The notes beneath the pieces are model-generated. The model ran no database searches and had not been told where the DNA came from. It saw only the letters and a list, made by a program, of their open reading frames with translations. A stretch of 64,000 nucleotides of DNA from a virus. Each line of letters starts with the position of its first letter. Position 1 is the first letter of the stretch. The stretch is from positions 96,001 to 160,000 of IMG/VR virus record IMGVR_UViG_3300032246_001180; one strand, 5' to 3'. Position numbers and translations under genes: made by a program. Of the stretch, positions 54,005-64,000 are shown piece after piece.

Positions 54005-55171
54005 ATGTCAACAGTAAAAATATCACAACTACCACTCATCACGGCATTAAATGCCAACACAGCCAATAGTTTGTTTATGGGTGTGGATATTCCAACAGGT
54101 GTTACCGGTAAATTTACCGCACATACGTTGGCGGCAAACCTTTACTCTAACGAAATATTAAATGTTGGTGTCAATCAACAGAACTTACCTAATACGATTG
54201 CACAATTTTCTTTGGGTGGCGAATCATATATCCAAACCAACCTCGTCAATACGAATGATGGTGGTACTGCTGACATAGTTGTAACCGCCAACGTAGGTTC
54301 TGGTGGTACGGATGCGGCCAACTTTATCGATATGGGTTATGCAAACAAGAACTATCAACCAGGTTCGGAATTTAATAATATTGGTAATGCTGTTAATCCA
54401 AAAGATGGTTATCTTTATGTTCAAGGTACCGCAGGATCAAACGGTGGTAACTTAATTGTTGGTACAACTACATCGAATACAACATTAAAGTTTATTGTTG
54501 GTGGTGGTACAAGTGCAAATATTGTTGCTTCGATGACTTCTAATAGTCTTGTGTTGAATACACAATCGTTTATTACTTTTGCTGATGGCACAAAACAAAT
54601 TACAGCTGCAGCTTCTAATGCGTATTCACAGGCAGCTTTTGCACAGGCAAATTCAGCAGCATCAAATACAATTATATCTCAAGGTATAAGTTCTACTCAA
54701 AATACAAACATTCAATCTGCATGGAACCAAGCGAATACCGCAAATAGTATTGCAAACACCGCATTACAAAACACCGCAAGTATTATTACGGCTGGTAACT
54801 TAACGGTTACTGGTAATTTACTAATAAATAACACAATTAATCCAGGAAAAGGTTTCATCTACACACCAAATATTTTTCCAAATTCGCAGACTGCAATTAC
54901 GATTGACTTTGCAAATAACTCGGTTGTTCGTGCTCAGACAGCTGCAGGTTTAGTTGTAACATTATCAAACTTTGTAACAGGTAAAGTTGTTGATGCATGG
55001 ATTACAAATACTGCTGGCACAAACCAAACATTTACTCATGGTGTTTCTGCTCTTAATTCAACAATTAATGCGACAACCTATAATATTCCAGGCACATCAA
55101 CCATCTATGTAAAATACTGGAGTATGGATGGTACATTAACAAATACTTTCTGTTCGATTGTTCACGCTTAA
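54005..55171 (+). CDS. virion structural/fibre-like protein
   Basis: VKISQLP start; Asn/Thr/Ala-rich; in late operon. Confidence 0.65.
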   Translation: MSTVKISQLPLITALNANTANSLFMGVDIPTGVTGKFTAHTLAANLYSNEILNVGVNQQNLPNTIAQFSLGGESYIQTNLVNTNDGGTADIVVTANVGSGGTDAANFIDMGYANKNYQPGSEFNNIGNAVNPKDGYLYVQGTAGSNGGNLIVGTTTSNTTLKFIVGGGTSANIVASMTSNSLVLNTQSFITFADGTKQITAAASNAYSQAAFAQANSAASNTIISQGISSTQNTNIQSAWNQANTANSIANTALQNTASIITAGNLTVTGNLLINNTINPGKGFIYTPNIFPNSQTAITIDFANNSVVRAQTAAGLVVTLSNFVTGKVVDAWITNTAGTNQTFTHGVSALNSTINATTYNIPGTSTIYVKYWSMDGTLTNTFCSIVHA

Positions 55172-55184
55172 TAAATAAGAAACT

Positions 55185-56543
55185 ATGGCAAATAAACAAC
55201 TATTAACATGGGGTTCCAAAGTTGCTCAAGTAGAGCAGGCTTATTATGCTCCGTCCGCAGGAACATTGACAACTTATATGTTTTTGGCAAACGTTGACCC
55301 TTGGACTGACGATGAAAATCCTCCCACACCAACACAAGACCAAGCTTCAATCAAAAGTTTATTCAAAAAAATCTTTGCTGCAAAATTAGTTACTGTAAAT
55401 GATATTGCTCCAGTGATAGAGAGAATTGATTGGACTTCTGGCGTAACATATGACTATTATCGTGATGATATTGATATGTTTGAAATTGATGTTAATGGTT
55501 ATTTGATTAGAAAATTTTATGTTAAGAACAAATACGACCAAGTTTTTAAATGCCTTTGGAACAATAACGGCGGTGCATCCGTAAGTGAACCTTATTTCCA
55601 ACCAGGAAATTATAGTACCAACAATATTTTCCAAGGTGCAGATGGTTACAAATGGAAATACATATACACAATTGAGATTGGTACAAAAGTAAAATTCATG
55701 GACACAGATTGGTTGCCTGTACCAGCTGGCGACAAGACACCTAATCCAATCAATAGTCCTGTTGGTGTTGGAAGTATCGATGTTGTTAATGTTGTTAATG
55801 GTGGTTCTGGTTATGCTCCAGGTACAGCGCCTATTACGGTAACAATTACAGGCGATGGGACAGGTGCAACAGCAACTGTAGGAAGTGTAGTCAATGGATC
55901 AATCCAAGATATTGTTGTTTTGACTCCAGGAGCTGGTTATAACTACGCTAATGTATCAGTAACAACAGCAAATGGTTCTGGCATAATTACTAATTCATTT
56001 ACATCACCGATTGGTGGCCACGGTTACGACCCAATATCTGAACTTGGTTGCGCTCATGTTATGTATTGTGTTGAATGGAACTCGGATGAATACACCAACG
56101 GAGTTGTTAATGTTCCAACAAATATAACATATTATCAAGTTGGATTAGTGGCCGATCCAGTATCTTTAGTAACTACACCATATCCTGCAAACAATTCAAT
56201 ATATAAAACCACAACAGATTTAACCGTTGCATCTGGATTTGGATCCTATATTTCAGATGAGATTTTATATCAAGGTCCATCAGTATCTAATCCTACATTT
56301 AAAGGTACAGTAGTAACACATGATACAGGAAACAATGTGGTTAAGATGATAAATACAACTGGATATCTAACATACAATGCTCCTGTTTTTGGAAATACAT
56401 CACAGACTGTGAGAACCTTGTTGACTAGTTCATCTCCTTCTTATGTGTCTTCATCTGGATACCTGACATACATTGAAAACAGGTCAGGAATACAAAGAAG
56501 TTCTGACGGTATAGAACAATTTAAAATTATAATAGGATTCTAA
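55185..56543 (+). CDS. gp8: baseplate wedge protein gp8
   Basis: R.DW.SG..YD, V.KCL.N, DGYKWKY.YTI, GGHG.D, SG...YIENR. Confidence 0.9.
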   Translation: MANKQLLTWGSKVAQVEQAYYAPSAGTLTTYMFLANVDPWTDDENPPTPTQDQASIKSLFKKIFAAKLVTVNDIAPVIERIDWTSGVTYDYYRDDIDMFEIDVNGYLIRKFYVKNKYDQVFKCLWNNNGGASVSEPYFQPGNYSTNNIFQGADGYKWKYIYTIEIGTKVKFMDTDWLPVPAGDKTPNPINSPVGVGSIDVVNVVNGGSGYAPGTAPITVTITGDGTGATATVGSVVNGSIQDIVVLTPGAGYNYANVSVTTANGSGIITNSFTSPIGGHGYDPISELGCAHVMYCVEWNSDEYTNGVVNVPTNITYYQVGLVADPVSLVTTPYPANNSIYKTTTDLTVASGFGSYISDEILYQGPSVSNPTFKGTVVTHDTGNNVVKMINTTGYLTYNAPVFGNTSQTVRTLLTSSSPSYVSSSGYLTYIENRSGIQRSSDGIEQFKIIIGF

Positions 56544-56552
56544 AGGAAAAAA

Positions 56553-59500
56553 ATGGCTCTGAACTTTAACGTAGACCCTTACTATGACGATTTTGATCCG
56601 TCTAAGAATTTCCATCGTGTGCTTTTTAAACCAGGTGCTGCTGTACAGGCTCGAGAACTCACTCAAGCTCAAACTATTTTACAGAATCAAATTTCAAATT
56701 TTGCAGACAGCATTTTTTCACAGAATACACCTGTTACCGGTGGTAAGATAACAACAAACCTTAATTGCCATTATTTAAAATTAAATTTACAATATAACAA
56801 CGTTGATATTACAGCTGCGTCTTTCTTAAATAAAGTTATTCAAGACCCGACTGGTACTATTATTGCAAAGGTTATTGCAACAGCTGAATCTACTGGCACA
56901 TCAACTACTGCTGGTGACCCACCAACCTTAATACTATCATATAGATCCGGTATTCATTTTAGTGATGCTACTGTTATTATACCGTCCGATGGAACAAACA
57001 TTGGTGGAACTACAATTGGTACAACTGGTGGAACAACGTGTAGCGGATTATCTTCGGTTGCTTCTATCTCTGACGGTGTTTTCTATGTCGTTAATGGTTA
57101 TTCACAGTCTTCTGTGGCTAATTCAGATGGTAGTTTTACCAAATACTCAATTGGTAACTTTGTTGCGGTACAACCACAAACAACAATACTTTCCAAATAT
57201 AGTAACACCCCATCCTATCGCATAGGACTGTCTATAACTGAAACGATTGTTGATTACGTCAACGATGCATCGTTACTTGACCCCGCCGTTGGAGCGTCTA
57301 ATTATCAAGCCCCAGGCGCTGATAGATATGCTATCATATTAACATTAACTTCAATACCACTTGCATTAGGATCCGATGATGCCTTTATTGAATTGGTGAG
57401 AATGGAAAACGGTGAAATTACCAAACAAGTAGACAATACCGTTTATTCGGTAATTGATGACTACTTTGCTAAACGTGATTTTGAAAGCAATGGTGATTAT
57501 ATTGTCAATGATTTCAAATTAACTCCATCCGCAAACACAATCGATAGCTCTAAGTATAACCTTGGTATTGGTAAAGGTGTTGCATATGTTCATGGTTATC
57601 GTATTGAGAACCAATCTCCATTAACTCTTGTAAGCGATAGAGCCAGAACAGTACAATCTGTTGGTACAAACAATGTTTACTTGGACTATGGTAACTACTT
57701 TTTTGTAGATACAGCCAATGGTACATTTGATGTTACTACTATGCCAACGGTTGATTTACACCTTGTGCCTGCAATTAACATTGCATCAAACAACAATATG
57801 GTTAGTGCTAATGCTAATAGTTACAATTCAACAGTCATTGGCACCGCTAGAGTAAGAGATATTCAATATGTTTCTGATACCAGCAGTTCAAATACACAAA
57901 CATATGTTTATAAGTTATTTGTTTCCAACATACAGTCAAGAACTATTTCTGGTGTAGCAGACTCCACAGGTTCATCTGCCACTACTATAAAGGTAAATGA
58001 TGCAAGTCGTGCTAACTTTTCTAACGTAGCAAATGCTTACTACGGTACGACAATTAATGTTACTGGTGGTACATCTATTGGTGATATTCGAACAATTGTT
58101 TCTTGGAGTGGTGCTACTAAGATAGCTACTGTTTCTCAACCGTTTACATTTGTTCCTGATGCGACAACAACCTTCACTTTAAACTTAGCACCAAAAGATG
58201 TTGACTCGATTGTTGTTAAAGATGGTGCTTATTCTTTCTCGGCAAATGCAAACATCAACGTTATTAATGGAAAAGAAAACGCACTCAATACTAATCCTAC
58301 AATATTTGGTAATCCTGGATATCCCGAGATGTTATTCTCTATAGGAAATCCTTACGTTGCTAATCTTTCTAGTTCTAGTTATAGTTCAACTAAAATTTAT
58401 CGCAATCAATCGTTGTCAAGTTCAACACCGTTGACACTATCAGCACAAGGATCATTTACCTTTGTTGGTAACGGCACATTGAGTTCTGATGCCAAGAAAC
58501 AAAACTTTATTGTTATCAGTAAGACCGCTACACCAGGTAAGATATTAGATTTCTCTACCACAGGCAATACAATTGCAGTTTCTAGTTCACAAGCAACATT
58601 CACAACATCATATTATAATGACACGGTTGATATTATTGCAAACATTAATGTGCCTTATGCGGACCATGCAACTGATGGTGGTTTGGTATTAAAGGCAAAG
58701 AGTTTAGTTACTGGTAATACAACAGCACTTGGTTCTTTTAGTTCAATTTCTGGAGTATCAAATACAACTATTGATTTGGCCAAAGGTCAAACATATATTA
58801 CAAAAGTTGGTACAACAAGTTCTCAAGTATCTTTATATGTTTCTGATGTTAAGAAGATTAGAAAAATTATTGATACTGGTTCTTCTACTGTTTCTCCAAC
58901 AGTTGCAATGTTAACATCGGCTTCATATGATGTAACATCTCAATATCAATTGGTAAACGGTCAACAAGATTCTTATTATGACCATGCTTACTTGAAGCCA
59001 TTGGTTGGTGGTGCAAAAGGTAATCTATTAGTGATGTATGATTATTACAATCATACAGGCGGTGATGGTTACTTTAGTGTACTCTCATATCTATCTACTG
59101 GTGGTGGTTTTTCTACTTCACCTGAAAATTATGCAGAGATTGGTAATTATACGGCCGCTTCAGGTATAACATATAATTTAACCGATGTTTTAGATTTTAG
59201 ACCTAAACGCACAAACGCCACAGGCACTTTTGCTTTTGATTATGCAACAGCAGGTAACTTTAGAGGTATGTTGTTGCCTCAAGATTTGACTCAATTCCAA
59301 AGTTCATATTCATATTATCTTGGTAGAAAAGATTTATTAGTATTAAGTAAAGATAAGAGTTTTAGTATTGTTTCGGGTATTCCTTCATTGACACCAACTT
59401 TCCCCACAACTCCGGATGGTTCGATGTTGTTGGCTAAACTAACTCTTGATCCTTATACTGCATATGTTCCTGGTGAAAATACTGGCCAAGTTGTATCAAA

Positions 59501-61391
59501 CTTATCACTTGAAAAAGTTTCTCATAATCGTTGGGCAAAAAGTGATATTTCCAATTTACAAACCCGTGTTAACAACTTAGAATACTACACATCATTAAGT
59601 GTGTTGGAACAAAGCGCACAGTCATTACAAGTTCCTGACGTTAATGGTTTGAACAGATTTAAAAATGGTATTTTAGTTGATGACTTTAGTTCTTTTGGCA
59701 CGGCTGATACGGCTAATCCGGACTACTCAGCAAATATTAATATCAGAACAAGACAATTAAAACCGTTGACACCTATAACCAACTTCCAATTACAAAACTT
59801 GCAAGTGTTAAATGGTTTAGGAACATTATCCAATACAAACATTTATAATGTTTCCAGTATAAACGGTACAGGTACAAACATCTTTACATTACCATACACT
59901 AAAGCAAATGTTGTAACTCAACCACTTGCATCATCAACGATTAGTTTGAATCCGTTTAGTGTGAATATTTTCCAAGGAACAGCTGCACTAACACCTCCTT
60001 TAGACAATTGGGTTGATACTTGGAACGCACCAGCTATATTGATTAGTGATCCTAATTTACAAATGTATCAAGTAGATGGAGTTTCTAATGCTTTAAGTGC
60101 GGGTGATTTTGCTACTGTTATTGGAACACAAGCACCAACAGGCACAAAAGGTGGATCCTCAACAGGCATGGGTAACGGTACAGACACCACAACTTATGCG
60201 AACGCAATTACCACTTACAATCCAGTTTCGGTTGCAATGAATCAACAAAATGGTTACATAACCAACGTTACATTGTTGCCTTATATTAGACCACAAGAAA
60301 TTGGTATTCGTTCTAAAGGTTTATTAATTAACACACCTATATCAACATTTTTTGATGGAGTAAATGTCGACCAATACATTACTTCACCTGACACCTTAGA
60401 ATTAAAACAAGTTGGTGGAAATTTCCAAGAAGATGATGTTGTTGGATTCTTTACAAACAACAACTTCTATCCTACTGCTCGTGTCATGGGTGTTTACAAT
60501 TATCCTGGAACAGCCAACACACGATTGTACTTGTCAACAGTTCCTGGCGGACCAACATACACATCGACAGCAGTATTGCAACGTGGTGATTTTGACGAAA
60601 ACGGAAATTATATTACGTCAAGTAACACCGCATGGGGTTTCTTAGCTTCAGATACAGGTCGTCAATCAATTAGTTTACAAGGTAGTATTACTGGTGTTGG
60701 TGGTTTGTATTTACCAAACTCAATAAGTCCTGTAACGATTTATAAAGTTTATTATCCAAATATTTGGAACAGCTTTATGAATCAGTATGCCATTTGGGGA
60801 GATTTAAACCAAGGTACATCTTTCACATACAACAATGTGAAGTGGACACCATCAGTTGCAGGTGTGCATACAATCACAGCATCTTCTACAGGTACAAGTC
60901 AAACGGTAACTGCAAACGGAACTTCTGTTGGATTAGGAACATTAAATTACTCAACAACAACTTCTGTAAATTACACAGTTACAACATTAGGGACAGTTAC
61001 ACTAAACGTTGCTGTAACAGGCGGAACAACCGGTTCATTTGAACCAGGTTTTGCAATGATTATTAAAGACCCTACCGGTACTGTCGTGTATAGAACAGAT
61101 GCACCGCCAAATTCTTTATATTCAGGTGTAACTGGAGAAGAAAATCTTCCAGAAGGTGGAACATATTTTACAGGTGTTACAACCGTTCAATTAGATTCTA
61201 AAGCTTCGTCTGCAAATAATTATTATGTTGGTACAGAAATAAATGTTACTTCAAAATATGTTTACCAAGTCGTACAACAAACAGCGACATATCATCCAGC
61301 CAGATACTATCGTTCACCCGATGGTGATTCTAGTTGGAGTGCTCCAGCTTATGCTACATTTGAAAATAAGTCTGCGGACTATTCACTATAA
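56553..61391 (+). CDS. large virion structural protein (DUF4815/VrlC-like), N-terminal part
   Basis: NVDPYYDDFD..KNFHRVLFKPG.AVQARELTQ.Q, APGADR, RV.NLEYYT.LS.LE, RFKNG..VD.F. Confidence 0.85.
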   Translation: MALNFNVDPYYDDFDPSKNFHRVLFKPGAAVQARELTQAQTILQNQISNFADSIFSQNTPVTGGKITTNLNCHYLKLNLQYNNVDITAASFLNKVIQDPTGTIIAKVIATAESTGTSTTAGDPPTLILSYRSGIHFSDATVIIPSDGTNIGGTTIGTTGGTTCSGLSSVASISDGVFYVVNGYSQSSVANSDGSFTKYSIGNFVAVQPQTTILSKYSNTPSYRIGLSITETIVDYVNDASLLDPAVGASNYQAPGADRYAIILTLTSIPLALGSDDAFIELVRMENGEITKQVDNTVYSVIDDYFAKRDFESNGDYIVNDFKLTPSANTIDSSKYNLGIGKGVAYVHGYRIENQSPLTLVSDRARTVQSVGTNNVYLDYGNYFFVDTANGTFDVTTMPTVDLHLVPAINIASNNNMVSANANSYNSTVIGTARVRDIQYVSDTSSSNTQTYVYKLFVSNIQSRTISGVADSTGSSATTIKVNDASRANFSNVANAYYGTTINVTGGTSIGDIRTIVSWSGATKIATVSQPFTFVPDATTTFTLNLAPKDVDSIVVKDGAYSFSANANINVINGKENALNTNPTIFGNPGYPEMLFSIGNPYVANLSSSSYSSTKIYRNQSLSSSTPLTLSAQGSFTFVGNGTLSSDAKKQNFIVISKTATPGKILDFSTTGNTIAVSSSQATFTTSYYNDTVDIIANINVPYADHATDGGLVLKAKSLVTGNTTALGSFSSISGVSNTTIDLAKGQTYITKVGTTSSQVSLYVSDVKKIRKIIDTGSSTVSPTVAMLTSASYDVTSQYQLVNGQQDSYYDHAYLKPLVGGAKGNLLVMYDYYNHTGGDGYFSVLSYLSTGGGFSTSPENYAEIGNYTAASGITYNLTDVLDFRPKRTNATGTFAFDYATAGNFRGMLLPQDLTQFQSSYSYYLGRKDLLVLSKDKSFSIVSGIPSLTPTFPTTPDGSMLLAKLTLDPYTAYVPGENTGQVVSNLSLEKVSHNRWAKSDISNLQTRVNNLEYYTSLSVLEQSAQSLQVPDVNGLNRFKNGILVDDFSSFGTADTANPDYSANINIRTRQLKPLTPITNFQLQNLQVLNGLGTLSNTNIYNVSSINGTGTNIFTLPYTKANVVTQPLASSTISLNPFSVNIFQGTAALTPPLDNWVDTWNAPAILISDPNLQMYQVDGVSNALSAGDFATVIGTQAPTGTKGGSSTGMGNGTDTTTYANAITTYNPVSVAMNQQNGYITNVTLLPYIRPQEIGIRSKGLLINTPISTFFDGVNVDQYITSPDTLELKQVGGNFQEDDVVGFFTNNNFYPTARVMGVYNYPGTANTRLYLSTVPGGPTYTSTAVLQRGDFDENGNYITSSNTAWGFLASDTGRQSISLQGSITGVGGLYLPNSISPVTIYKVYYPNIWNSFMNQYAIWGDLNQGTSFTYNNVKWTPSVAGVHTITASSTGTSQTVTANGTSVGLGTLNYSTTTSVNYTVTTLGTVTLNVAVTGGTTGSFEPGFAMIIKDPTGTVVYRTDAPPNSLYSGVTGEENLPEGGTYFTGVTTVQLDSKASSANNYYVGTEINVTSKYVYQVVQQTATYHPARYYRSPDGDSSWSAPAYATFENKSADYSL

Positions 61392-61403
61392 CGGAAAATA
61401 AAA

Positions 61404-63566
61404 ATGTCTATTCAATCGGCAATATATAATTTTAAGTCAACAATAACTGCATATAATGGTGTAACCAAAGTTGCAACATTAAGTTCGCCTGTGGAAATTT
61501 CTTTAGGGTATAATGGTACCTTAGGTCAATTAACATCACAATATACGTTATCAGGAAACAACACAAGTATTCTTGCAGCTATTAGAGATGGTACACAACC
61601 AAATCAATTATCTACTGATGAAAATGGAAGTTTTTATGGCATTCTTAATGTGCCACCAGGAACATTTAAAGTTGGTTCTAGAGTTTTTCGTTTAGACAAT
61701 AGAACAATTGATAATGATCCATCGACAGCAACAACTTATGCTGAAGCAACCTTCACTGCTGCAGGTCTTTCTACAACATCACAAACGTTGCAATTTTCTC
61801 CGTCAACAGATTCGGCATCAGTAAAATTTACACCAACACAGTACCAATCAAAACAACAAATTAGTACGATTGCCAGTTACACTCAATTTGATCCTGTTGC
61901 ACAATCATTTATTGTACCAAAAGAAAACTATCCAAACGGTGTGTTTATTCTTTCGGTAAAACTTTTCTTTAGAACAAAACCTACTACAACAAACACTCCT
62001 GTTGTTGTTTCTATTGTACCAACATTGAATGGTTATCCAAATGGCGATGCATTGGACTATTCTACTGTTTCACTACACGCAGACCAAGTTCAAACAAGCA
62101 CAACACCACATTATTTGGACGCTTCATCATACACGGAATTTATGTTTAAGGCTCCCGTGTATATTAAAGCTGGCGAAACATATGCAATATTGATTCAAAC
62201 AAGTTCGCCTGATTATACTGTTTACTATGCTCAACAAAATTCTACTGCTGTTGCTTCAACAGCGAGAGCTTTACCAACAGATAGTATACCTTCAAACCCA
62301 ACAAAAATTGGTGCTGTACCTAATAGTGGTGCATTTTTTGAATCACAAAATGGTTCAACATGGACTGCGGATTTAACCAAAGATTTGATGTATGTAATTG
62401 ATAGATGTGTGTTTAATACTGCTATCACACCACAAATTAATTTCGTTGTGCCGCAAGGAATGCCTAAGAGAAAACTTCTTACTAGCGATATTCAATATAA
62501 ATTGGATCCAGATTTAGTAAACGGAATTTATCGTAGTGCAGGTGGTAGTCAACGTGTTGATGCTCTAAATGTAACCACAACTGACTTTTCTCCTACAAGT
62601 ACCGCAATTAATTATCAATATACGGGAACACTATTGAAAGGAAATATAACAGATGGTCCTTATAGTATTATTCCTGGAAAATATGCATCACCTTTATCAG
62701 AAGAAATTCATTTAAATGATGGTAAAGGCGCTCGTGTTTTATTGGCAAACACAGACAGCTCATTCACATTAGCTGCAACTCTTTCATCAAATGATTCAGC
62801 GGTTAGTCCAATTCTATCAGATGATGGTTTAACATTGTATAATGTTCGATACTCTATTAACAATATGGGTTTATCTAATCCTGTTATTTCGATTGCAAAT
62901 ACTGGTGCTGGATATAATGCGAATACAACTAGTGTAACAGTAAGTTCTCCAGATATTGGTACAGATATTGCCGTATGTTCTGCAAACGTACAAAGTGGAA
63001 ACGTTGTTTCTGTTACAGTAACTTATCGTGGTTCAGGATACTTAACTACACCAACAATCACAGTATCAGATTCTACGACCCGTGGCGGTAATGCAAACTG
63101 TGTAGTGGTTGTTTCAGGTGAAACAAGTCCTGCCGGTGGAAACGGAATTACCAAATACTTCACTAAGAAGGTTGTGCTTGCTGCTGGACAAGACTCAGGT
63201 GATTTGCGTGTGTATTATTCTGCATACAAACCAGTTGGTACTGGTGTATATGTCTACTACAAAATATTAAGTAGTAACGACACACAAAAATTTGAAGAAG
63301 GAAATTGGCAACTAATGACACAAGTTGGAGGATATAATACATACTCCGCCAACAGAAATGATATTATAGAATATGAATGTGCGCCAGGTTCATTTACTAG
63401 TGGTTTGGCCAACAATTCAATTTCTTACACAGGCATTAATGGTCAAACGTATAACAACTTTATTCAGTTTGCAATTAAAGTCGTAATGGCTACCAAAGAT
63501 TCAACTAATATTCCTATCATAGAAGACATCCGTGCGTTAGCGTTACCATCAGGAACAGGAATTTAA
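61404..63566 (+). CDS. virion structural protein (DUF4815/VrlC-like C-terminal region)
   Basis: DP.AQSF, G.F..SV.LFF..K, F.SQNGSTW, F..FAIK.V...DIRA.AL. Confidence 0.8.
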   Translation: MSIQSAIYNFKSTITAYNGVTKVATLSSPVEISLGYNGTLGQLTSQYTLSGNNTSILAAIRDGTQPNQLSTDENGSFYGILNVPPGTFKVGSRVFRLDNRTIDNDPSTATTYAEATFTAAGLSTTSQTLQFSPSTDSASVKFTPTQYQSKQQISTIASYTQFDPVAQSFIVPKENYPNGVFILSVKLFFRTKPTTTNTPVVVSIVPTLNGYPNGDALDYSTVSLHADQVQTSTTPHYLDASSYTEFMFKAPVYIKAGETYAILIQTSSPDYTVYYAQQNSTAVASTARALPTDSIPSNPTKIGAVPNSGAFFESQNGSTWTADLTKDLMYVIDRCVFNTAITPQINFVVPQGMPKRKLLTSDIQYKLDPDLVNGIYRSAGGSQRVDALNVTTTDFSPTSTAINYQYTGTLLKGNITDGPYSIIPGKYASPLSEEIHLNDGKGARVLLANTDSSFTLAATLSSNDSAVSPILSDDGLTLYNVRYSINNMGLSNPVISIANTGAGYNANTTSVTVSSPDIGTDIAVCSANVQSGNVVSVTVTYRGSGYLTTPTITVSDSTTRGGNANCVVVVSGETSPAGGNGITKYFTKKVVLAAGQDSGDLRVYYSAYKPVGTGVYVYYKILSSNDTQKFEEGNWQLMTQVGGYNTYSANRNDIIEYECAPGSFTSGLANNSISYTGINGQTYNNFIQFAIKVVMATKDSTNIPIIEDIRALALPSGTGI

Positions 63567-63567
63567 A

Positions 63568-63798
63568 ATGGCTTTAGTTAAGGTTACAGATACATCTTTT
63601 CTCCGAGATACCAACTCCAGAGCATTGTTAAATATGGATCAGACTGCAAAGAATGATTATTTAACTAAGGTTAAAATGTTAAAGACCCAAAAGGATGAAA
63701 TAAATACTGTAAAATCAGAGATATCAGCAGTAAAAGAAGATATGTTGGAAATAAAACAACTGCTGTTCAAATTATTAGAAAAAGGCTCCAATGGCTAA
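63568..63798 (+). CDS. small conserved T4-like protein
   Basis: RD.NS.A.LN.D...K.D..EIK.LL..L. Confidence 0.75.
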   Translation: MALVKVTDTSFLRDTNSRALLNMDQTAKNDYLTKVKMLKTQKDEINTVKSEISAVKEDMLEIKQLLFKLLEKGSNG

Positions 63799-64000
63799 TA
63801 CAGTTTCCATTCTAAGTTATGCCAACACTTTTGGTGATTGGTTGGTTGCGACCAACGCCATAGGCAAAGAGCATAATGACCTAGTGTCCAATAATTGGAC
63901 AAAATCCACAGGAACGTTATACTTAAACGATTCTAGTTTGGGTTTACAAGTAGGTTCAGGTGCAATTTTTGCTGGTGCTTTGCAAGTTCAAGGTACAGGT
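63791..64000 (+). CDS. tail fibre/structural protein, runs off the window end
   Basis: MANTVSILSYANTFGDWLVATN; frame open to the end. Confidence 0.65.
   Translation, partial: MANTVSILSYANTFGDWLVATNAIGKEHNDLVSNNWTKSTGTLYLNDSSLGLQVGSGAIFAGALQVQGTG

Noticed and set aside
1-64000. stop-codon reassignment, introns or inteins
   Set aside because: Core genes are full length in the standard code, and no intein or homing-endonuclease motifs were recognised.

Overview
This 64-kb, AT-rich window is part of a large T4-like myophage genome; no host chromosome is visible. Layout: (i) 1-3.1 kb: accessory genes (2OG-Fe(II) oxygenase, methyltransferase-like gene, PD-(D/E)xK nuclease). (ii) 3.15-3.5 kb: repeat-rich non-coding junction, then a ~22-kb early region of mostly small hypothetical ORFs under many near-consensus sigma70 promoters, several with palindromes at a fixed distance. 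It also holds two AAA+ ATPases, a metallophosphoesterase, a DEDDh exonuclease, an epimerase and two tandem Bug/TctC solute-binding proteins. (iii) 25.8-35.6 kb: nucleases, oxygenases, a circularly permuted (two-piece) tmRNA gene, gp33, gp59, gp32, a transporter-like membrane protein and an outer-membrane barrel. (iv) 35.7-42.1 kb, minus strand: gp4, gp2, gp54-like, gp26, gp51 and two paralogous hub/tape-measure-like genes. (v) 42.1-64 kb: late baseplate/tail genes (gp48, gp53, hub, split gp5, gp25, gp6, gp7-like, gp8, large structural proteins). Main findings: the permuted tmRNA plus an unannotated ArfA-like ORF; a probable -1 frameshift fusing gp26 to gp51 (lambda G/GT-like); a fixed-position palindrome code on early promoters; two candidate structured ncRNAs; and a Bug gene tandem with identical ends. 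A betaproteobacterial host is inferred, not shown. All family calls come from recognising motifs by eye; no searches were run.
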